Shown here: piece after piece, positions 52,398 to 61,085 of the stretch | Numbering within the stretch: the first letter of the stretch is position 1 | How the letters are laid out: the number at the start of each line of letters is the position of its first letter | Source of the DNA: an uncultured bacterium | Lineage (GTDB): Bacteria > CAZDME01 > JAYEMH01 | Direction of reading: 5' to 3' | DNA: 61,085 nt | Assembly (NCBI GenBank): GCA_964506785.1 | Contig: CAZDME010000001.1 | Span: 1 to 61,085, forward strand | Position numbers and translations under genes: made by a program | Notes under the pieces: generated by a model | What the model saw: only the letters and a program-made list of their open reading frames with translations | What the model was told of the DNA's origin: nothing | Databases searched by the model: none

Positions 52398-54932
52398 ATG
52401 CATAGAAAAATATTGATGATACTTTTAATTTTCATCCTGTCCAATTTTGTCCCTTGCGGAAGTTCCTTCTCGGAGGAAATTAGCCGCCATCAGGCAAAAC
52501 AAATAGAAAGATATTACCGGAAGGGGCAGTCTTTTTACCAGAGAGGTGAATACAAAAGAGCCGAGGGGTTTTTCCGAAAAATTTTGAAGCTCTATCCGGA
52601 AGATCAAGTTGCCAGGGAGTATCTTAAGGAAATAAATACAACTATCAAGCAGAGAAAAAAGGCCAAGGAGGAAAAAAAGGCTGAGTTGTTACGAAGAAGA
52701 AGGCAGGGAAAAGAAGAGAAAAAAGAGAATAAGGATTTAAAGCATTATCGAAAAAGGCAAAAGAAAAAAGAGGGTGAAACAAAAACTGAACTGCAGAAAA
52801 GGGAATGGAAAGAAGAGAGGGAAAGGAAAAAGGAAGAAGCCCGGAGAAGAAATCAGGAGGAGAGGATTGCCCGGAAGATAAAGCAGGAGATAAAAAAGCT
52901 GGAGAAGGAAAAAAGGGCGAGAATAAAGGAGATAGAAAAGGAGAGGGCGAAGAAAGAAAGAGAAATGATCCGCCAGGAGAAGAAACTCCTTCGGGAAAAG
53001 AAACGTTTTGAAAAGAGAGAGGTATCTTTTAAGCAGAAGGAAAGAGAAGAGATTAATCTGGCTCAGATAAAGGGGAAAAAGGAGCGGGAAGAGAAAAAAG
53101 CGGAAAAAAACCGCAAAATAGAGGCTAAAAAGGCGGAGAAAAAGAGAAAAATTGAAGAAAAAAGGCTATCCAGGGAACAGAAGATAGAGGCAAGAAGAAA
53201 GGCTAAAGCAGAAAAAAAGGCTCAGGCTAAGGTTGAGGCTGAGGAGAAAAGAAAGGTTCGGCTGGAAGCTAAAGCAAAGAGAAAGGCAGAAATAGAGGCA
53301 AGAAGAAAGGCTAAGGCTAAGGCAAAGAGGAAAAGAGCTGAAGAGAAGAAAGCGGCTAAGTTGGCCAGGGAACAAGAGCTAGAGGCGAAGAAACAGGCCA
53401 AGATTGAAGCAAGAAGAAAGGTTCAGGCCGAGGTTGAGGCTGAGAGGCAGGCCGAGCTAGAGGCAAAGGAAAAAAGAAAAACAGAAAGAGAAGCAGAAAG
53501 AAAGGCCAAGACTGAGGCTAAGGCTGAAGCAAAGAGGAAAAGGCGTGAAGAAAAAGAAACTGCCAGATTATCCAGAGAAAAAGAAAGGAAAGAAAAGAAA
53601 GAAGCTGAACGTTTGGCCTCTGAGGAAGCCTTAGCGGCTAAGAAACTGGCGCGGGAAGAAGCCAGACAAAAAAGGCTTGAGCGTATCCAGCGGCGTAAAG
53701 AAGAAAGAGAAGCTCAGATAAAAAAGGAAAAAGAGGAAAAAGAAAAAGCCCGGGAAGCCAAAAAAGCGGAAAAAAAGGGGGAAATAGAAGCCAAAAAGGC
53801 TGAAAAAAAGAGAAAAATTGAAGAAAAAAGGTTAGCCAGAGAGAAAAGAAAGGCTGAAAGGGAAGCAGAAAGAAAGGCCAAGACTGAGGCTAAGGCTGAG
53901 GCAAAGAGGAAAAGAGCTGAAGAGAAGAAAGCGGTTAAGTTGACCAGAGAAAGGGAGATAGAGGCGAAGAAAAAGGCTGATGCAGACAAAAAAGCTCAGG
54001 CTAAGGCTGAGGCTGAGGAAAAAAGAAAGACTCGGCTAAAAGCTAGGGCAAAAAGAAAAGCCGAAAGAGCAATAAAGAAAAAGGTTATTGCGACTAAGGC
54101 GGAGGAGGAAAGACAAGAGCTTGAAGAAAAAGAGACCGTAAGACAGGCAGAAATAAAGGAACAAGCTGAAACTTTAACGGTTGAAACTTTAGCGGAAGAG
54201 AAGGACTTACAAAAAGAACAAGTAATCCGGGAGGAAGCCAGGCAGAGAAGGATTGAGGGTATAATTAGCCAGGTAAAAGAACAAAAAGAAAAAGAGATAA
54301 AAAAGCAGTCTCAAGAAGCCAAGAGAGCGGAAAAAGAGAGAAAAAAAGAGGCCAAAAGGCTGGCTAAAGAGAAAAGGGAAACAGAAAGAAAGGCTAAGGC
54401 TGAGGCAAAGAAAAAGAAGCTTGAAGAAAAAGAAGCAGCCAAGATAGCCAGAAAACAGGAAATAGAGGCAAGAAGAAAGGCTAAACTTGAGGCCAGGGCA
54501 GAAAAAAAAGCTCAGGCTAAGGTTGAGGCTGAGGAGAAGAAAAAGCCTGAGGCTAAAGTTGAGGAAGCATCTGATAAAAAGGTCATAGATCCCGGCAGAA
54601 AAAGCCGGGAAGAAATCTGGGAAGATATTTATCGCCAGGCCAGGAAAAAGGAACTCTTGGAGATGAAAAAAAGAGAAACATTTATCAAGCGCCTGGAGGG
54701 GAAAAAGGAGGCCCAGAGAGAAAAGCGGGCTTTAAATAAGAAGAAAGCCGCCAGCTATTTTCAGAAAGGTTTAGAATACTACCAGGCCGGAAAAACTTTA
54801 CAGGCGGTTGAACTCTGGGAGAAGGCTTTAAAGTTGGATTCTGAGGATAAAAAGATAAAAAGAAGACTAAAGAAAGCCAGGCGGGAACTTAAAAAGAGGT
54901 CCCTCCAAAAAGAAGAGACCTCAGATGAATAA
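52398..54932 (+). CDS. secreted TPR protein with a ~650-aa K/E/A/R-rich helical spacer
   Basis: 844 aa. Signal peptide, a TPR-like unit at each end, and a highly charged central region with long internal repeats. Confidence 0.8.
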   Translation: MHRKILMILLIFILSNFVPCGSSFSEEISRHQAKQIERYYRKGQSFYQRGEYKRAEGFFRKILKLYPEDQVAREYLKEINTTIKQRKKAKEEKKAELLRRRRQGKEEKKENKDLKHYRKRQKKKEGETKTELQKREWKEERERKKEEARRRNQEERIARKIKQEIKKLEKEKRARIKEIEKERAKKEREMIRQEKKLLREKKRFEKREVSFKQKEREEINLAQIKGKKEREEKKAEKNRKIEAKKAEKKRKIEEKRLSREQKIEARRKAKAEKKAQAKVEAEEKRKVRLEAKAKRKAEIEARRKAKAKAKRKRAEEKKAAKLAREQELEAKKQAKIEARRKVQAEVEAERQAELEAKEKRKTEREAERKAKTEAKAEAKRKRREEKETARLSREKERKEKKEAERLASEEALAAKKLAREEARQKRLERIQRRKEEREAQIKKEKEEKEKAREAKKAEKKGEIEAKKAEKKRKIEEKRLAREKRKAEREAERKAKTEAKAEAKRKRAEEKKAVKLTREREIEAKKKADADKKAQAKAEAEEKRKTRLKARAKRKAERAIKKKVIATKAEEERQELEEKETVRQAEIKEQAETLTVETLAEEKDLQKEQVIREEARQRRIEGIISQVKEQKEKEIKKQSQEAKRAEKERKKEAKRLAKEKRETERKAKAEAKKKKLEEKEAAKIARKQEIEARRKAKLEARAEKKAQAKVEAEEKKKPEAKVEEASDKKVIDPGRKSREEIWEDIYRQARKKELLEMKKRETFIKRLEGKKEAQREKRALNKKKAASYFQKGLEYYQAGKTLQAVELWEKALKLDSEDKKIKRRLKKARRELKKRSLQKEETSDE
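53095..53945 (+). repeat. long internal DNA duplications in the K/E/A-rich gene
   Basis: About 53095-53180 resembles about 53760-53845 (KKAEK..IEAKKAEKKRKIEEKRL). About 53490-53555 resembles about 53862-53945 (EAERKAKTEAKAEAKRKR.EEK). A third partial copy lies at about 53320-53372. Confidence 0.8.
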
Positions 54933-54956
54933 AAGAAAGGGAGCATTCTTTCGCCT

Positions 54957-55211
54957 TCAAGGCTTCCGAGTCGGCCGCCTTTTTATCATTTGGAGAATGA
55001 GGGGATAAAAGGCGAAGAGAACTGCTCCCAAACAAATCGAAATTATCATTAAGAAACTTTTACTGACAAGAAATTGGAAGAAAAGAATCTGAAAAGTTAT
55101 CTTACCTTTATTCTGGAAAAGAACAATAATGGTTAAAAAGATAAGGAGAACGAGAAAAATTATTTTAAAATCTAACCGGCTCAGCCAGGAAGGCTGCTCA
55201 ATCCCTTTCAT
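54957..55211 (-). CDS. small two-TM membrane protein (LapA/DUF1049-like)
   Basis: 84 aa with two hydrophobic helices and a basic tail. Apart from dnaA, the only minus-strand ORF I accept. Confidence 0.45.
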   Translation of the reverse strand: MKGIEQPSWLSRLDFKIIFLVLLIFLTIIVLFQNKGKITFQILFFQFLVSKSFLMIISICLGAVLFAFYPLILQMIKRRPTRKP

Positions 55212-55326
55212 GAGTAGGAAGTAATGTATCAGATTTGAATTTAGATGTCAACAAAAATTTTTAAATTTTTTAATATTTATCCCGGCGATCATGCTCGAAA
55301 AAATTTCCCCTTTAGTCAGATTCCCC

Positions 55327-55354
55327 TTGACAAAATTTTTGGGTTTGCTAAAAT
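55327..55354 (+). promoter_or_regulatory. sigma70-type promoter for iscR-cysK
   Basis: TTGACA, 16-nt spacer (ending TGc), TAAAAT. Confidence 0.65.
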
Positions 55355-55407
55355 ATAATTGTTGAGTAATTTGATAAACTTAGTCAACTTTAGGGGAAAT
55401 TTAGACA

Positions 55408-55854
55408 ATGCGAATTTCGGCTAAAGGGAGATACGGCTTAAGGGCTCTTTTTGACTTAGCATTGAACTATGGGCAGGGTCCCATTCTTATCAAAGATATT
55501 GCCAGGCGGCAGATTATCCCTGAGGCCTATCTGGAACAAATATTTTTATCTCTGAAAAAAGCTGGCCTGGTAAAAAGCCTCCGGGGTGCCTACGGCGGAT
55601 ATCTTCTCGCCCGGGAACCTCAAGGGATAAATATAAAAGAGATAATGGATATTTTGGAAGGAGCTGATCCGGTAGTCCCCTGTTTAGAAAATGCCCAGGT
55701 TTGTTCGTTGTTTAAGGATTGTCTGCTCAAAGATTTCTGGGAGGAACTCGGCCAGGCTCAAAACAGCCTGATGGGCAGAATTACCTTAGCTGACTTGGTC
55801 AGGAAAAAGACCTTACGGCGGCAAGAACTGGCACCCCCCGTTTATAACATTTAA
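55408..55854 (+). CDS. Rrf2-family transcriptional regulator (IscR/CymR-like)
   Basis: 148 aa. N-terminus [18 protein letters not shown] and a winged HTH. Confidence 0.9.
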   Translation: MRISAKGRYGLRALFDLALNYGQGPILIKDIARRQIIPEAYLEQIFLSLKKAGLVKSLRGAYGGYLLAREPQGINIKEIMDILEGADPVVPCLENAQVCSLFKDCLLKDFWEELGQAQNSLMGRITLADLVRKKTLRRQELAPPVYNI

Positions 55855-55898
55855 ACCATAAACCTCCCTCGCACAGGTGGAGACATAAGAAAGGACTA

Positions 55899-56831
55899 AT
55901 GGTTAAAGGGATTGCTCAGGACATAACCAAACTAATCGGCCAGACTTCCCTGGTCAGGCTTAACCGATTAACTCAGGGTCTCTCGGCTTTTATTCTTTGT
56001 AAGCTTGAATTCTTTAATCCCGGCGGCAGTATTAAAGACCGGATAGGCCTTTTTATGATTGAAGCGGCCGAAAAAAAGGGATTGATTAATAAAGAAACTA
56101 TTATAATCGAACCGACCAGCGGCAATACCGGCATTGCCTTGGCCCTGGTTTGTGCCTCAAGAGGGTATCATTTAATCCTGACTATGCCGGAGAATATGAG
56201 TAAGGAGCGTCAGAAACTCCTGAAATTTCTTGGCGCAGAGTTAATTTTGACTCCGGCTGATAAAGGGATGGCCGGGGCTATAGAAAAAGCCAGGAAGCTT
56301 TTAGAAAAATATCCCCGGGTTTTTATGCCCGACCAATTCAGCAATCCGGCTAATCCGGAAATTCAGCGTTTAACCACGGGCGAAGAAATCTGGCAGGATA
56401 CTGAAGGCCAGGTAGATATTCTTGTCTCCGGGGTGGGCACCGGCGGGACAATTACCGGGGTCGCCGAACTGCTTAAAGAGCGTAAGCCCGAGGTTGAGAT
56501 TGTGGCCGTTGAGCCTGATAAATCCGCTGTTCTTTCCGGCGGCAGAGCGGGTTCGCATCAGATTCAAGGGATAGGGGCCGGATTTATCCCCAAGGTCTTG
56601 AGGCGCGATTTGATTGATGAAGTTATGCCGGTTAGCGAAGAAAAGGCTTTCACTATCGCCCGGCGCTTAGCTAAAGAGGAAGGGATTCTATCAGGTATTT
56701 CCTCCGGGGCGGCCCTCTGGGTGGCCATGGAAGTAGCCGGACGGGCGAAGAATAAAAATAAGATGATTGTGGTCATTCTGCCGGATAGCGCCGAGCGGTA
56801 TCTCAGCACTAATTTATTTGACGAAACTTAA
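55899..56831 (+). CDS. cysK: cysteine synthase A (O-acetylserine sulfhydrylase)
   Basis: 310 aa. PLP-binding motifs NPGGSIKDR and GTGGTITG. Confidence 0.94.
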   Translation: MVKGIAQDITKLIGQTSLVRLNRLTQGLSAFILCKLEFFNPGGSIKDRIGLFMIEAAEKKGLINKETIIIEPTSGNTGIALALVCASRGYHLILTMPENMSKERQKLLKFLGAELILTPADKGMAGAIEKARKLLEKYPRVFMPDQFSNPANPEIQRLTTGEEIWQDTEGQVDILVSGVGTGGTITGVAELLKERKPEVEIVAVEPDKSAVLSGGRAGSHQIQGIGAGFIPKVLRRDLIDEVMPVSEEKAFTIARRLAKEEGILSGISSGAALWVAMEVAGRAKNKNKMIVVILPDSAERYLSTNLFDET

Positions 56832-56850
56832 AAACAGGAAAGGAGGCAAC

Positions 56851-57174
56851 ATGTCAACAACATGGGATCGGGTAAAAGAAGGATTGGATAAGGCCCTGGA
56901 GATTACCCGCAAATCAGCCAAGATTATTACCATTAAAGCCGGGGAAACCGCCAAGATTACCAAACTGAGCGTGGAATCGATGACCCTGGAGCACCAGATG
57001 TCCAAGAAATTTGCTGAGTTAGGCAATACGACCTATCAACTGATTAAAACTAAGAAAGAGGAAAATCTTTCCGAACAGCTCAAAGTAAAGAAGATAGTTG
57101 AAGATATAAAGAAGCTGGAAAGCCAGCTTAACAAAACCCACAAAGCCCTGGAAGCTGAAAAGAAGAAGAAATAG
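56851..57174 (+). CDS. small coiled-coil protein, unknown function
   Basis: ORF 56767-57174 trimmed to ATG 56851 (AGGAGG at 56841-56846). 107 aa, helical and charged. Confidence 0.55.
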   Translation: MSTTWDRVKEGLDKALEITRKSAKIITIKAGETAKITKLSVESMTLEHQMSKKFAELGNTTYQLIKTKKEENLSEQLKVKKIVEDIKKLESQLNKTHKALEAEKKKK

Positions 57175-57199
57175 TAGTACTAGAAACTTTGATTCAAAT

Positions 57200-57229
57200 T
57201 TGCTTTTTTAAGTCTCCATATGCTATACT
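57200..57229 (+). promoter_or_regulatory. sigma70-type promoter with extended -10 upstream of the RHS gene
   Basis: TTGCTT, 18-nt spacer (ending TGc), TATACT. Shares a conserved block with 50670-50690. Confidence 0.55.
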
Positions 57230-57262
57230 TTCCATGGTTTTTTTCAAAAAAGGAAAGGTTTT

Positions 57263-60200
57263 ATGGGGAAACTTTCCAGAATTTTTAAGGTTTTTATTGG
57301 TTGTTTAATTCTTTTTGTTAGTTTGCTTGTCATTATTGTTTCTCCCTCCGCCACGGCCAATGATTATGCCGATAAATATCCTGCCAATTTCCGTCTTTCC
57401 GAAGATATCTCCCGTCTTTCTAATTGGATAAAGCCTCGCTATTATTACCAAATGAGCCTGCGTTGGAGCGGTATCCCGGGGGCCACAGGTTATGAAATAG
57501 AGATGTATAGTAGCCATTGGCTTTCCAGAGATGCCTATGGCAACTATTCTGGATTAGGCCCTGGTTTTCGGACGACTAGAAAGACAGGAACTGCTGTATC
57601 TTTTGAGACCTTTTTAACCGGGGAAAAAGATAGAGAATATGATATCGAAGAACTGCGCCAGGAAGCGTGGTGGCGGAAAATTGTCCGGGCGACGACCTCT
57701 CAGAGAATCAGTGTCCGCGGCCGAACCCTCTTTGGCTGGAATCCTTATTCCGGAGGTCCGGGGAAACCCTTTAGCAATTGGTCTTCCTACGGTTATACTG
57801 AGTATGAAGAAGAAGAGGAAAAAGGAAATCACGGCCAGCCCAAAGATGAAAAAGCCAGTGCCGGAGGCGACCCTATCAACCTGACCAACGGCAATCTTTT
57901 CTCTACCACCCCGGAGTTTTCGATTTCTACCCGGGGCTTGCCTTTGGAGGTTTCCCGGACTTATAACAGCCGTTCTACTTATAACGGGCCGCTGGGTTAT
58001 GGCTGGACCCACAGCTTTAATTTAACTTTAGAAGAAGACCCATATAACCCAGAGAACGGAGCCTGGTATTATCTTTTCTTGCGACGGGGAGACGGACGCG
58101 CTCTTTATTTTCAGCGTTTAATGGACGGCAGTTTTATCGGACCGCGTGGTGATTTTTCTACCTTAGTCGAAGAAACTGATGGAAGCTACCTTCTTCAGGA
58201 AAAACATGGCGTTCTTTCTCAGTTTAATGCCGAAGGAAAGATTGTTTCCATGTCCGACCGCCAGGGTAATGAAACAACCTTTACCTATGATGTTGAGGGA
58301 AGGCTTATTGAAGTTATCGGCCCGGCCGGAAGGGTAATTTCCCTTAGCTATAATGTAAACAGCAAAATCAGTCAAATTATTGACCCCGCCGGGCGCACCT
58401 ATAGCTATGCCTATGATGGCGAAGATAATTTAGTCCAGGCAACCGATCCCCTGGGTCAGATTACCACCTATAATTATGATGAAAATCATAACCTTACCTT
58501 TATTACCTATCCGGACGGCACCCATACCTATTTTTCTTATGACGATAACGACCGGGCTACGGCCACCTGGAATGACGGCGATAACCAGAAAGTCAACCTG
58601 GTTTATGATACGGAAAATAGAGCCACCCAGATAACCGACGCTCTAGGCAGAACCACCACCTATATCTATAATTACGACCATCAGATTACGGCAATTATTG
58701 ACCCTGAGGGAAGCGAAACTAAATATGTTTATGACGGAGCTAATCTCACCTGTACTTCTATAACCAATGCCTTGGGAAGAATTTTACAGTTCAGCTATGA
58801 TGAAAAAGGCAATCTCCTTAGTTCGGTGGATGCCTTAGGCAATACCACCACCTATACTTACGAACCGAATTATAATTTCTGTACCGGTATTATTGACCCT
58901 CTGGGCCAGACGACAAATTTTATTTATGAGGCCGCCGGAAATCTTATTGAAACAGTCGATGCCTTAGGTAATAGCTCACATTTTTCTTATGATACCTATG
59001 GAGAGCTTATCTCTTTTACTAATCCTAAAGGGTCAAGTACCCAGTACGGCTATGATACCTATGGAAATTTGCTTCAGGTTACTGATGCTTTAGGTAATAT
59101 TCAGGAGATGAGTTATGATATCCTGGGCAATTGTCTTTCCATAAAAGACCGCCGGGCAAATATTACCCAATATAATTATGATTTGCTCAATCGTCTCACT
59201 CAGCACATCTTACCCGATGGTAATACCATAAATTACACCTATGACCCGGTAGGAAATTGCACCTCGGTTACTAATCAGTTGGGCGAGACCTATACTTATC
59301 AGTATGATGCCGTTGACCGTTTGACTGGCCTTACCGATTCTTTAGGAAATATAACTGTCTTTGGCTACGATTTGGTTGGGAACCGCACGGTGATTACCGA
59401 TGCTCAAGGAAAGATAACTAACTTTAGCTATGATAGTCTCAACCGTTTGATTAAAGAGACTTCTCCTTTGGGAAACGAAACCAGCTACCTTTATGATGTT
59501 TTAGGGAATGTAATTTTACTCACTCAGGCTGGCGGCCAAGAAATAAATTATCAATATGATGAAAATAATCGTCTCATTCAAATTACCTACCCTGACGGGG
59601 AAACCATTTATTATCTTTATAATGCTACTGGGCAGTGCATAGAGATTACCTCTAGTGGCGGCGAGATAGATACCTTTTCCTATGATGCCCTGGGGAGATT
59701 GCTTCAGCTTGACCGGGGTAATGGCGGTGATTCAATTAGTTATGCCTATGATAGCTTAGGTAGTCGCCTGGCGATGATTGACCAGAATAACGGACAGACA
59801 CTTTATCAGTATGATGTCCTCGGCCGTTTGGTTGAGCTTTCTAACCCAGAGGGTGAGATAACTCAATATATTTATGATGCCGAAGGAAATGTAATTGAGT
59901 TATCCCGGGCGAATGGCAGCCGGACGATTTACACCTATGATAATTTAAATCAATTAGTTAAATTAGAAAATCTATCTTCAAGCGACCAGCTTCTTTCAAG
60001 CTTCCAATATGAATATGATGCCGCCGGCAGAAAAATAAAAGAGATTGATTCAGACGGCGCTACCATTGCCTATACCTATGATTCCTCCGGAAGGTTGATT
60101 GAAGAGAGAAAATACGAAATTGTTGATGAGGAAGAAAGAGAAATTTATGCCCGCATTTATACCCTGGATGCTTTAGGAAATGTGCTTGAGGAAACTTCTC

Positions 60201-61085
60201 ATCAAGGTGAGCTAAAGGAAGAAGAGGGCGGATGGACTTGGTTAAAAGGAAATAATAGCGCCTTTACTTTTGCCTCCCTTGTTTTTAAGAAAAATTATCT
60301 ACTTCTTGCTTCTAACAGTTTAAATTTTAGCTGGCGAAATAAAAAAAGGCCTCTACTTAGAATTATTGAAAATTATAGAGAGAAAGTAAGAAGGCTTTGT
60401 AGAAAAATAAAGGAAATTTCTAAAAGGCCCAACCAGAGGCATTGTAAGATAAAAAAAGCCAGAAGAGCCTGGAAGAAATATCGCCATTATTGTTGGGAAA
60501 AACGTTGGTGGCGTCGGTTTTGGAAAGGTAAGAAAAAAGATATCTGGGAAATTACTAAGACCAAAACAAGCTATATTTACGACGCCGAAAATCGTCTTCT
60601 TTCATACGAGGAGATAAGCTTGGATACTGATGAACTTCTTTCTACCGGGCAATATAATTATGATGCCAATGGCAACCGATTTGAGAAAATAAAAGAAATT
60701 TACGGTCAGGGAGATTCGGGAAGCGAAAAAGCCATTGAGACTTGGGTCTATCAGTATGATTATGAAAATAGGCTAAAAAACGTTCTGAAAAATGGAGAGG
60801 CAGTGGCTAACTATTTTTATGATGCTTTGGGCAAACGGATTCAAGCAGAAGAAGGGGGAGAAATAAACAAATTTTATTATGACGGACTATTAGCCATTTT
60901 AGAGCGAGACAGCGACGGGGAGGTAGTATCTTTCTACACCCGCGGCCTGGATTTAGGCGGCGGAATCGGCGGCATAATCAGCACCAAAAATTTGCACCTC
61001 GTAGGTGCAAGTTTTTTTCATTATGATGGACGGGGAAATGTGATAGAATTAAGCGATGAAGCCGGTGTCTCCCAGGCAAGCTATA
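57263..61085 (+). CDS. RHS/YD-repeat protein, 3'-truncated by the window edge
   Basis: Open frame from ATG 57263 to the window end with no stop by hand translation (not in the track because it never terminates). Signal peptide, DPINLTNGNLF...GLPLEVSRTYNS plug motif, dozens of YD repeats, and the start of the RHS core (GGGIGGII...FFHYDGRGNV). Confidence 0.9.
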   Translation, partial: MGKLSRIFKVFIGCLILFVSLLVIIVSPSATANDYADKYPANFRLSEDISRLSNWIKPRYYYQMSLRWSGIPGATGYEIEMYSSHWLSRDAYGNYSGLGPGFRTTRKTGTAVSFETFLTGEKDREYDIEELRQEAWWRKIVRATTSQRISVRGRTLFGWNPYSGGPGKPFSNWSSYGYTEYEEEEEKGNHGQPKDEKASAGGDPINLTNGNLFSTTPEFSISTRGLPLEVSRTYNSRSTYNGPLGYGWTHSFNLTLEEDPYNPENGAWYYLFLRRGDGRALYFQRLMDGSFIGPRGDFSTLVEETDGSYLLQEKHGVLSQFNAEGKIVSMSDRQGNETTFTYDVEGRLIEVIGPAGRVISLSYNVNSKISQIIDPAGRTYSYAYDGEDNLVQATDPLGQITTYNYDENHNLTFITYPDGTHTYFSYDDNDRATATWNDGDNQKVNLVYDTENRATQITDALGRTTTYIYNYDHQITAIIDPEGSETKYVYDGANLTCTSITNALGRILQFSYDEKGNLLSSVDALGNTTTYTYEPNYNFCTGIIDPLGQTTNFIYEAAGNLIETVDALGNSSHFSYDTYGELISFTNPKGSSTQYGYDTYGNLLQVTDALGNIQEMSYDILGNCLSIKDRRANITQYNYDLLNRLTQHILPDGNTINYTYDPVGNCTSVTNQLGETYTYQYDAVDRLTGLTDSLGNITVFGYDLVGNRTVITDAQGKITNFSYDSLNRLIKETSPLGNETSYLYDVLGNVILLTQAGGQEINYQYDENNRLIQITYPDGETIYYLYNATGQCIEITSSGGEIDTFSYDALGRLLQLDRGNGGDSISYAYDSLGSRLAMIDQNNGQTLYQYDVLGRLVELSNPEGEITQYIYDAEGNVIELSRANGSRTIYTYDNLNQLVKLENLSSSDQLLSSFQYEYDAAGRKIKEIDSDGATIAYTYDSSGRLIEERKYEIVDEEEREIYARIYTLDALGNVLEETSHQGELKEEEGGWTWLKGNNSAFTFASLVFKKNYLLLASNSLNFSWRNKKRPLLRIIENYREKVRRLCRKIKEISKRPNQRHCKIKKARRAWKKYRHYCWEKRWWRRFWKGKKKDIWEITKTKTSYIYDAENRLLSYEEISLDTDELLSTGQYNYDANGNRFEKIKEIYGQGDSGSEKAIETWVYQYDYENRLKNVLKNGEAVANYFYDALGKRIQAEEGGEINKFYYDGLLAILERDSDGEVVSFYTRGLDLGGGIGGIISTKNLHLVGASFFHYDGRGNVIELSDEAGVSQASY
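60992..61018 (+). other. terminator-like hairpin inside the RHS ORF
   Basis: ttgcacct-cgt-aggtgcaa (8-bp perfect stem) followed by gTTTTTTT and preceded by AAAAAt. Confidence 0.4.

Noticed and set aside
57234-57308. Conserved ATGGT(A/T)TTT after the duplicated promoter block as a small leaderless ORF (MVF...) at 50685 and 57234.
   Set aside because: The ATG lies only 3-4 nt after the -10 hexamer, upstream of the expected transcription start. The downstream peptides (29 and 24 codons) are unrelated to each other.

Overview
Origin-proximal 61-kb segment of a diderm bacterium; I cannot assign a taxon by eye. The gene order is dnaA(-), then rpmH-rnpA-yidD-yidC-mnmE, then parA-parB-lipA-def. This is followed by a REP-flanked tyrosine transposase (RAYT), a rearranged Tol-Pal cluster, a PPi-type pfk, two parvulins and gatA-gatB. 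Next come a split transketolase, an FtsX-like/EnvC-like pair, ctpA, tsaD, mgtC, a Na/Pi transporter and fhs. The right-hand part holds two PilB/GspE ATPases plus PilC, clpB, OmpA-like proteins, an RCK K+ channel, DUF1015, an 844-aa K/E/A-rich TPR protein and iscR-cysK. The window ends in the first 3.8 kb of an RHS/YD-repeat protein that runs off the edge. 52 of the 54 CDS I call are on the + strand. I saw no rRNA, tRNA or CRISPR. The most unusual content is non-coding. Most intergenic gaps longer than about 60 nt are built from degenerate tandem arrays with a 7-8-nt period (10 nt in one region), in at least seven sequence families. These arrays are often arranged as inverted pairs around a central palindrome. 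One family (GATAACG-type units) surrounds a 29-nt REP hairpin that also flanks the RAYT gene. Another (GCTCATA-type units) surrounds four parS sites. Arrays run into start codons and supply stop codons and even C-terminal codons of neighbouring genes. All calls come from reading the sequence and from recalled family motifs; no searches were run.
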